Made by a program: the position numbers and the translations under genes. Of a stretch of DNA of 64,000 nucleotides, positions 57,057 through 64,000 are shown in pieces (positions within the stretch are counted from its first letter, which is position 1; each line of letters starts with the position of its first letter). A model generated the notes under the pieces. That model saw nothing but the letters and a program-made list of their open reading frames with translations. It ran no database searches and had not been told where the DNA came from. Source of the stretch: Bacteroidales bacterium (GTDB taxonomy: Bacteria; Bacteroidota; Bacteroidia; Bacteroidales; VadinHA17); assembly GCA_050013475.1 (NCBI GenBank), contig JBEKFE010000009.1, positions 60,383-124,382 of the forward strand, given 5' to 3'.

Positions 57057-58082
57057 TCAGAATAAATTTCCTGTTTTTGTCAGCCCTGTTTGCCTTCCCA
57101 GGTGTCTGTACGCGTGTTCAGTAGCTTCTCTGCCCCGCGGTGTTCTTTTAAGATAGCCTTCCTTTATCAGGAATGGTTCGTAAACTTCTTCAATAGTCCC
57201 GCTTTCTTCACCTACGGCAGTCGAGATAGTATTCAGACCTACCGGGCCTCCCTTGAACTTGTCTATTATTATCAGAAGAATCCTGTTATCCATTTCATCC
57301 AGTCCATGCTCATCAATATTGAGAGCATTAAGCCCGAACCTTGTAATTTCAAGATCGATTTTACCAGAACCCTTGACCTGTGCAAAGTCCCTGATTCTCC
57401 TTAACAGTGCATTTGCTATTCTGGGCGTCCCCCTGCTTCTCGATGCAATTTCGCGTGCGGCATTCTCTTCGATCTTAATCTTAAGTATCGCTGAAGATCT
57501 TTTTACAATTCCTGTCAAAACTTCATTATCATAATATTCCAGATGGAATTTTATACCAAATCTGGCCCGGAGCGGACTAGTAAGAAGTCCTGACCGTGTG
57601 GTTGCGCCAATGAGAGTAAAGCTATTAAGCGACAGCTGAACTGATCTTGCGCTTGGGCCCTTGTCGATCATTATATCGATCTGGAAATCCTCCATTGCTG
57701 CGTAGAGGTACTCCTCAACAACCGGAGAAAGCCGGTGTATCTCATCAATGAACAGGACATCCCCTTCGTTAAGATTCGTCAGAAGGCCTGCCAGGTCCCC
57801 GGGTTTATCAAGAACAGGACCCGAAGTAACTTTTAGTCCTACATTAAGTTCATTGGAGATAATGGTGGCCAGTGTCGTTTTGCCAAGTCCGGGCGGTCCA
57901 TGCAGGAGAACATGATCGAGAGCTTCACCTCTTTGTTTTGCCGCAGTGACAAAAACAGTAAGGTTTTCCATTATCTGTTTTTGTCCCTTAAAGTCAGAAA
58001 ATGTCAGTGGCCTGAGCTGTTTCTCAAATTCCCTGTCAGCTGCAATGAGGCTATCTTTTCTGATATTAAAATTTTCATCCAT
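57057..58082 (-). CDS. ruvB: Holliday junction branch migration helicase RuvB
   Basis: Walker [10 protein letters not shown], Walker B DEIHR, and [15 protein letters not shown]. Confidence 0.95.
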   Translation of the reverse strand: MDENFNIRKDSLIAADREFEKQLRPLTFSDFKGQKQIMENLTVFVTAAKQRGEALDHVLLHGPPGLGKTTLATIISNELNVGLKVTSGPVLDKPGDLAGLLTNLNEGDVLFIDEIHRLSPVVEEYLYAAMEDFQIDIMIDKGPSARSVQLSLNSFTLIGATTRSGLLTSPLRARFGIKFHLEYYDNEVLTGIVKRSSAILKIKIEENAAREIASRSRGTPRIANALLRRIRDFAQVKGSGKIDLEITRFGLNALNIDEHGLDEMDNRILLIIIDKFKGGPVGLNTISTAVGEESGTIEEVYEPFLIKEGYLKRTPRGREATEHAYRHLGRQTGLTKTGNLF

Positions 58083-58094
58083 CAGGCAAAGAAA

Positions 58095-59648
58095 CTATTT
58101 TATAAGCTTAACATCACTTTCCGGCAGCTTTAATTTAACTCCGTTTATGCTCAGCTCAGTATCATTTTTATATGTTACAGTAAGAACGATCTTCCCATCC
58201 TCATCATATTTTTTCCATGTCTTTTGCCTGAATCCTCCCTGGTAATATCTCTCTTCCTTAATTTTTCCGTTTTCATAGTATAAAAGATGCTGACCATCAG
58301 CATTTCCCTGAAGAAAACTTCCCTTGAACCTAATTTTTCCATCAGCATAATAAGACTTCCATACCCCGTCTTTCAGCCCTAATATGTATTTTCCTTCTTC
58401 GGAATTGTTCGCAGAGGTGAATTTCCATTCACCGTTCCTTTCCCCGTCTGAGAACTGACCCTGTGCAATTATCTCCCCGCTTTTTGAATATTCGGTATAT
58501 GCACCATCGCGTTTTCCCTGGAAATAATCCTCTTCCCTCAGAAGAGCACCGTTTTCATAGTACCATTTCCAGTTACCGTCAGGCCTTCCATTGTTGAAAT
58601 ACCCGGTTTGTTCTGTCTTTCCTTCGCTATCGTAGAATTTCCATAAGCCCGATCTTCTGCTTTCGGTATACTGTCCCTCATCCATCACCTTGCCATCAGG
58701 AAAAAAATCTTCCCATTTGCCATTTCTGTCGCCCTGTTCATTCACGATACCTTCTGAAACAAGGACCCCGTTATCGGTATAGATCTTTGAATCTGTTATC
58801 TTTCCATCAGCTGAGTATTCCCTGTGGATACCAACCGGGACTGAATTCCTGAATGGTCCGCTGTAAATAAGCTTCCCGTTCTGATCATACTTGTTCCTGA
58901 TTTCAATATCGGGCTGGTCCTCAACATTGGATTTGACTATCGCACCATTGTCGTAAAGCATAGTAAGTACCAGGTTTCCTTTTACATCATACTCCTTGTA
59001 ATAGCCATGCAGAAGATCATCCCTGAAGGTTTTTTCCGATTTTATGTTTCCATTCGGGTAAAATTCTTTCCAGTCGCCCTGTTTCAGGCCATTATTGTCC
59101 TTCCGGTTTATTTTTTCCCTGCTTATTAGAAAATCATTGTTATACTCAAGCAGCGTTATGATAGTGCCCTCACGGTCAAATTCCTTTGCAAGTCCCGATC
59201 TTTTGCCATTATTCCATGTTATGGTCTGCTGGATCCTGTGATCAGGAAAATAAATATATCCTGTTCCTTCCTTCCTGTCGCCGGCAAACAGATCTTTCGA
59301 CCATATGTACAATCCCTCAGAAGGATCTTTTTTGTATTTATAATAATATCCGTTCTTCTTTCCATACAGATAATTTATCTTTTCGAGCGTATCTCCTGTC
59401 TGGTCATAAAATATCCAGATGCTGTCAAGAAGATAGTTGGTCCTCTTGCCTTCAGATTTCTTAATACCTGTAACATAATAGCTTTTCCAGAATCCGTCCG
59501 GCTTTCCATTTTTGATAAGACCTTCGCTTGACACTGCTCCATTTGGATATTTGAATACCTGGTAGCCATCTGCAATATTTTCCACAGACTGGCTATAGGC
59601 CACTGCATAATAAAATATCATTATTAATATTAATGTGGATCTTTTCAT
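58095..59648 (-). CDS. Secreted MORN-variant repeat protein (YwqK-like repeats)
   Basis: Signal peptide followed by about 18-20 repeats of the G.W..YY.NG....EG.Y..GK..G type. Confidence 0.7.
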   Translation of the reverse strand: MKRSTLILIMIFYYAVAYSQSVENIADGYQVFKYPNGAVSSEGLIKNGKPDGFWKSYYVTGIKKSEGKRTNYLLDSIWIFYDQTGDTLEKINYLYGKKNGYYYKYKKDPSEGLYIWSKDLFAGDRKEGTGYIYFPDHRIQQTITWNNGKRSGLAKEFDREGTIITLLEYNNDFLISREKINRKDNNGLKQGDWKEFYPNGNIKSEKTFRDDLLHGYYKEYDVKGNLVLTMLYDNGAIVKSNVEDQPDIEIRNKYDQNGKLIYSGPFRNSVPVGIHREYSADGKITDSKIYTDNGVLVSEGIVNEQGDRNGKWEDFFPDGKVMDEGQYTESRRSGLWKFYDSEGKTEQTGYFNNGRPDGNWKWYYENGALLREEDYFQGKRDGAYTEYSKSGEIIAQGQFSDGERNGEWKFTSANNSEEGKYILGLKDGVWKSYYADGKIRFKGSFLQGNADGQHLLYYENGKIKEERYYQGGFRQKTWKKYDEDGKIVLTVTYKNDTELSINGVKLKLPESDVKLIK

Positions 59649-59650
59649 TT

Positions 59651-60622
59651 CTACAGCCCTAATCTTTCAGATATTTCCAGCATTTTTCTAATAGGTCTTT
59701 CAGCTCTTAAAATTATATCTTCTTCCAGAATAATCTCTGGTGATTCCTTTAAAAGACATTCATATATCTTTTTCACGGTAATAAGCTTCATAAAATTGCA
59801 TTCACTGCAAGCACAGGTGGAATCTTTGGGTGGGGCAGGGATGAATATTTTTTCTGGTCTTGCCTTTATCATCTGATGTATTATACCTGGTTCTGTTGCA
59901 ACAATATATTTGTTACTGTTGTCTGTTTGTATAAATGAAAGAAGTGAAGAGGTGGATCCGATAAAATCAGCAACAAGCCTAACCGGCAATTGACACTCAG
60001 GATGAACTATAATTCTGGCATCGGGATAATTTTGCTTCAGTTTAATAATTGCTTCAAGAGAGAATTCTTCATGAACGTGACATGCACCATCCCAGATAAG
60101 CATATCACGTCCTGTTTTATTAAGGATATAATTTCCCAGGTTCCTGTCAGGAGCAAATATGATCTTTTCGCCTGCAGGCAATGATTCAACTATCTTAACA
60201 GCATTGGAAGAAGTACATACTATATCAGACATAGCCTTTATTTCTGCTGCCGTATTTACATATGTTATTATTGTTCTTCCTGGATGATCTTCAATGAATC
60301 TCTTAAAATCAACCGGGTTGCATGAATCTGATAATGAACATCCGGCTGCCATATCGGGAAGAAGGACCTTTTTCTGATGTGCAAGTATTTTGGCTGTCTC
60401 GGCCATAAATTTAACACCTGCGAACAGAATTATATCTGCATTATTTGCAGCTGCCTTCTGCGCCAGAGCAAGACTATCCCCTACAAAGTCAGCGATATCC
60501 TGAATATCACCTGTCTGATAATAATGTGCAAGAATTATAGCATTCTTTTTCTTTTTCAGTTCTGCTATTTCCTGTATAATTGAATTTCCGTTTCCCATCC
60601 CCCCGTTGCCCATTATTAACAT
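59651..60622 (-). CDS. nadA: Quinolinate synthase NadA
   Basis: ILAHYYQ, FAGVKFMAETAKIL, the cluster Cys residues, and CSECNFMK. The start may be M1, M4 or M9 of the ORF. Confidence 0.9.
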   Translation of the reverse strand: MLIMGNGGMGNGNSIIQEIAELKKKKNAIILAHYYQTGDIQDIADFVGDSLALAQKAAANNADIILFAGVKFMAETAKILAHQKKVLLPDMAAGCSLSDSCNPVDFKRFIEDHPGRTIITYVNTAAEIKAMSDIVCTSSNAVKIVESLPAGEKIIFAPDRNLGNYILNKTGRDMLIWDGACHVHEEFSLEAIIKLKQNYPDARIIVHPECQLPVRLVADFIGSTSSLLSFIQTDNSNKYIVATEPGIIHQMIKARPEKIFIPAPPKDSTCACSECNFMKLITVKKIYECLLKESPEIILEEDIILRAERPIRKMLEISERLGL

Positions 60623-61181
60623 TTTTAATATTCAATATTATTATAATAGTTTATTTAAATATAATATATGATTAATATAATAGCCTGTTAATTGTGTTGA
60701 CAGAAAAATCAGAATTCTCTTGTTTTATCAGACGTTAACACTGAAAAAACAACTTTTCAACAATTCAAAAAACGTACCAAATTTGAATATCAGCCAATTA
60801 GTACATTAATTAACAGTCGTTAAGTACTCATTGTTTACGTTCAATTCATGACAAAAGTATATTTTTTAATGTTCATTCATGGTTCAAACAGATTGATTAA
60901 TTACTGAAAAAGGAGTAATTAAAAACTAAAAATGGCATAAGTACGGATTTCTTACATATCATTACCGTTTATTAACATAGAAGAACCGGAGTTTTCTACA
61001 TATTACTAACACGTCAATAAGTTCTTATTTAATGCCTGTGAGCATTAAACAATACTGCATGTTAAATGTTATAACATTAAGCATCTTTTTTAATTAAAGG
61101 ATAAAAATATATTTTTTTCTTTTTTCGATCTATTTAATTAATTTGCATGATCTGTCGAGATTGAATTAAAAAGAGATAATT
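60623..61181. other. 559-bp AT-rich, ORF-free intergenic region between divergent nadA and rpiB
   Basis: No ORF of 60 aa or more in any frame in the supplied track. Many TTAAC-containing short repeats. 14-bp palindrome at 61065..61078. Confidence 0.8.
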
Positions 61182-61628
61182 GTGGAAAGAAAAAGAATTG
61201 CCTTGGCCGCGGACCATGCAGGTTTTCATCTAAAGGAGACGATAGTAAGTTATCTGAAAAACGAAAAACTTGATCTGAAGGATTTTGGAACAGATTCTAC
61301 GGAAAGTGTTGATTATCCTGAGTTTGGACATAAGCTTGCGGATGCGGTTTCGTCCGGTGAGTACGATATAGGCTTTACAATATGCGCAACCGGCAATGGA
61401 ATGAATATTACTGTGAACAAGCACCAGGGAATCAGGGGTGCATTATGCTGGAGCGAAGAGACCAGTCGTCTTGCCAGGGCACACAATGACGCAAATATTT
61501 GTTCAATACCGGCAAGATTTGTTTCAGAATCTGAAGCACTGCTGATCGTAAAGACATTTCTTGAAACAGGGTTTGACGGAGGAAGGCATGCCAGAAGAAT
61601 AGAAAAGATACCAATAAAAAAATACTGA
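61182..61628 (+). CDS. rpiB: Ribose 5-phosphate isomerase B
   Basis: IALAADHAG, the ICATGNG catalytic Cys context, and GGRHARR. GTG start. Confidence 0.9.
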   Translation: MERKRIALAADHAGFHLKETIVSYLKNEKLDLKDFGTDSTESVDYPEFGHKLADAVSSGEYDIGFTICATGNGMNITVNKHQGIRGALCWSEETSRLARAHNDANICSIPARFVSESEALLIVKTFLETGFDGGRHARRIEKIPIKKY

Positions 61629-61629
61629 G

Positions 61630-62070
61630 ATGTTATCAAGTTCGTGCAAATATGGAATAAGGGCAGTGACCTATATTGCCAGTAAATCAAAGGATAACGT
61701 AAAAGTTGGCATTAAACAGATATCTGAAGATCTGAATCTTCCCACGCCATTTCTCGCAAAGATCCTGCAGCTTCTTGCAAAACAGAAGATACTGAGTTCA
61801 TCAAAAGGACCTCATGGGGGGTTTTCCCTTCTCAGGGACCCAAAAGATATTACACTTCTTGACATAATTACCACAATAGACGGCAAGGACCTTTTTGAAT
61901 ACTGTGTAATCCACAACACAACCTGTAGCTGCGTTGGTGAAGAGAAGCTTATTTGTCCCATTCACGAGGAGTATTCAAAAATCAGGGCAAATCTAATGAG
62001 GCTTTTCAGCAGGAAGACAATATCCAGTCTTGTCCGATCAGCAAATAAAACCAATGAGGTAGCTATTTAA
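61630..62070 (+). CDS. Rrf2-family transcriptional regulator with three C-terminal Cys
   Basis: CKYGIRAVTYIA N-terminal wHTH and a Cys triad in NTTCSCVGEEKLICPIH. Starts 1 nt after the rpiB stop. Confidence 0.85.
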   Translation: MLSSSCKYGIRAVTYIASKSKDNVKVGIKQISEDLNLPTPFLAKILQLLAKQKILSSSKGPHGGFSLLRDPKDITLLDIITTIDGKDLFEYCVIHNTTCSCVGEEKLICPIHEEYSKIRANLMRLFSRKTISSLVRSANKTNEVAI

Positions 62071-62443
62071 TACCAGGCTTAAGAAATCGCTTTATTAAGA
62101 TCCATACCAGAACGGAAAGGGTTATACCAACAGCATTTGCACAAAAATCCAGAATATCTCCGGTCCTTGTAGTTGTGAACATCGATTGAAAAACCTCTAT
62201 CACTCCGCCGAATATCAGGGGAATTAGCGCGAGTTCAGCATATTTTCTGGCAGATGTAAGGATCGTCCTGTTCTCAATAATAAGGGCAAACGTAAGAGTA
62301 AAGTACATAATTGAATGAACCAGCTTGTCAAGATTGGGAATAGGAGGAAGATGCAGATGACTGAAAGTTCCTGCCCCCGTGAAGCTTAGGAACACGATCA
62401 CGAGTGCTATGAACAGGGAGAATATGTTTTTTCTTATCATCAT
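62063..62443 (-). CDS. VanZ-family membrane protein
   Basis: 4 helices. DKLVHSIMYFTL and EVFQ...R.GDILDF.AN.VG patterns. Start at MMIRKN. Confidence 0.6.
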   Translation of the reverse strand: MMIRKNIFSLFIALVIVFLSFTGAGTFSHLHLPPIPNLDKLVHSIMYFTLTFALIIENRTILTSARKYAELALIPLIFGGVIEVFQSMFTTTRTGDILDFCANAVGITLSVLVWILIKRFLKPGIK

Positions 62444-62510
62444 CAGGTATGTGCAAAAGTAACAAATGGAATGACATTTTATTTGTAATTTTATTGCAGA
62501 CAAAGAGATA

Positions 62511-63647
62511 ATGGCCGGAATATATATCCATATACCGTTTTGTAAGAAGATCTGCTCATATTGTGATTTTTACAAGGTAATCGCCCCGGAAGAGAAGAGC
62601 ACTTTTTTTAAAGCTTTGATAAGTGAGGCAGGGTTGCGAAGGGATTATCTCGAAGGTGAACCAATATCAACTATCTATTTCGGCGGTGGTACCCCTTCAG
62701 TGGCAGGTGCAAAAGAGATTTCCGGAACTCTGTTACAGCTTCGCAGCCTCTTTCCTGTTGATGATGATTGTGAAACAACCATTGAGCTTAATCCCGATGA
62801 TGTGGATATGTCATATCTCGGCGAGTTGAAACGGGGAGGCATCAACAGGTTAAGTCTTGGTATTCAATCGTGGCACGATGAGGATCTCAAATTCCTTAAC
62901 CGGCGTCATGATTCAGCCAGGGCCGAACGGGCTCTCAGGGATTCTTTGGATTCCGGATTCGATAATGTCACCATTGACCTGATCTACGGGATGCCGGATT
63001 TATCTTCTCAGCAATGGGAAATGACCCTTAAAAAGTCCCTGTCGTTTGATGTAAAGCATATTTCGGCTTATCACCTCACCATTGAGGAGGGTACTGTTCT
63101 GGGAAAACTTAAAAAACAGGGACATCTCTCAGAAATTGATGAAGAGGAGAGCACAAACCAATTCAATATACTTATTGAATTGATGGAATCTGCCGGCTTC
63201 ATTCATTATGAAATTTCAAATTTCGGGAAAGAGGGTTATTTTTCAAGGCATAATTCCAATTACTGGAAGCAGGTCAGCTATTTGGGACTGGGCCCGTCTG
63301 CCCATTCATTCAACAGCTTCTCGAGGCAATGGAACGTAAGGGACGTGAAGAAGTATATAGCCGCAGTGAATGGAAACAAACCATTCTTTGAGAAGGAGGA
63401 GCTAGGCATAAAAACCAGATTCAACGAATATATTATGACCTCATTGAGGACAATGTGGGGCGTCGACCTTGAATATGTCGAAAGCATGTTTGAGAAAGAG
63501 GGATACGATTATGTAATGAACCTGGCAGGGAAGTTCATCTCGTATGGTATGATGAAACAGGAAGGCACAAGCCTTGTTCTGACCACCCAGGGCAAAATGA
63601 TTTCAGATAATGTTATTTCAGAATTTATGATGGTCGACAGGAAATGA
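62511..63647 (+). CDS. hemW: Radical SAM heme chaperone HemW (HemN-like, oxygen-independent coproporphyrinogen oxidase family)
   Basis: IYIHIPFCKKICSYCDF radical-SAM CxxxCxxC and the YFGGGTPS motif. Confidence 0.9.
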   Translation: MAGIYIHIPFCKKICSYCDFYKVIAPEEKSTFFKALISEAGLRRDYLEGEPISTIYFGGGTPSVAGAKEISGTLLQLRSLFPVDDDCETTIELNPDDVDMSYLGELKRGGINRLSLGIQSWHDEDLKFLNRRHDSARAERALRDSLDSGFDNVTIDLIYGMPDLSSQQWEMTLKKSLSFDVKHISAYHLTIEEGTVLGKLKKQGHLSEIDEEESTNQFNILIELMESAGFIHYEISNFGKEGYFSRHNSNYWKQVSYLGLGPSAHSFNSFSRQWNVRDVKKYIAAVNGNKPFFEKEELGIKTRFNEYIMTSLRTMWGVDLEYVESMFEKEGYDYVMNLAGKFISYGMMKQEGTSLVLTTQGKMISDNVISEFMMVDRK

Positions 63648-64000
63648 TCATCTTTTAGTAAGGATGAAAGAACACCCGCCTATCATATTTCCATCAAGAT
63701 AGATCTCTGCTTTATAGTTTCCGAGAATAAAATCAGGACTCTTATCAACAAAGATGCACATATCGACATCCTGTTTCATATAATCAACCTCCCGGGATGA
63801 TGTAAAGATTATCTTTTTCCCATTGTAGTCGAACAGGTTATCAGAACTGGATGCAATAACCAGGGAATCTGGTCTGATGATCCGCAGGTAAACGACCTTC
63901 TTACCGGCTTCAGCTATTGGATTTTCGCGCAGTGTAAAACAAACCTGCAACTTTGTCATCCTGTCAAGACGAGAGGTCTCCTTCCTGTTTTTATTGAGGG
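63648..64000 (-). CDS. Hypothetical protein, C-terminal part only (5' end outside the window)
   Basis: The reading frame stays open from 63959 to the window edge. I recognise no domain. Confidence 0.4.
   Translation of the reverse strand, partial: LNKNRKETSRLDRMTKLQVCFTLRENPIAEAGKKVVYLRIIRPDSLVIASSSDNLFDYNGKKIIFTSSREVDYMKQDVDMCIFVDKSPDFILGNYKAEIYLDGNMIGGCSFILTKR

Noticed and set aside
60623-61181. A confident oriC call for the AT-rich gap.
   Set aside because: No cluster of good DnaA boxes (TTATCCACA) is visible, only 7/9 matches in an AT-rich background. dnaA is not in the window, and I cannot compute GC skew. It is kept only as a low-confidence hypothesis in the findings.
1-64000. A search for a mobile genetic element, defence island, toxin-antitoxin pair, prophage, tRNA/rRNA or other classical accessory content.
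   Set aside because: I recognised no integrase, transposase, phage, restriction, Cas or toxin-like proteins, and no tRNA-like cloverleaf in the intergenic regions. The gene content is overwhelmingly core metabolism and maintenance.

Overview
This 64-kb window is mostly housekeeping chromosome, probably from a Bacteroidota genome. That assignment is an inference from TAnnTTTG -7 boxes, the DUF4271-hemD-rnpA and TPR-DUF4292-M23 gene blocks, a GH95 fucosidase and many lipoprotein-type signal peptides. I call about 62 protein-coding genes. I saw no rRNA, tRNA, CRISPR array, transposase, integrase or recognisable defence system.

The main content is:
- DNA repair and replication genes: polA, uvrC, ruvB.
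- tRNA, rRNA and translation genes: mnmG, ybeY, pheS, rnpA, queD.
- A 10-gene aerobic respiration operon (14969..23805).
- A conserved membrane protein / wHTH regulator / creD module.
- Assorted metabolic genes.

The points most worth a second look are:
1. Two near-consensus parS centromere sites flank ade, next to mnmG and uvrC. They suggest an origin-proximal region. A 559-bp AT-rich, ORF-free gap lies 13 kb away.
2. A family of short structured intergenic elements is built from 7-9 nt words repeated at 7-11 nt spacing around hairpins, often bounded by TTAAC/GTTAA. One copy splits moaD from moaE.
3. A twin 7-5-7 palindrome, TACTTTG-N5-CAAAGTA, sits upstream of both transcription units of the wHTH/creD module. 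CACAAAG word arrays bracket the same locus.
4. A stripped-down ACIII-like quinol:cytochrome c module (NrfC-like, NrfD-like and monoheme cytochrome c only) is fused in one operon to a caa3-type oxidase with an unusual I-III-IV-II gene order. A Tat-signal Fe/Mn superoxide dismutase is transcribed divergently from it.

All functional calls rest on motif recognition by eye. No database search was run. Hand-derived coordinates of non-coding elements may be off by 1-2 nt.
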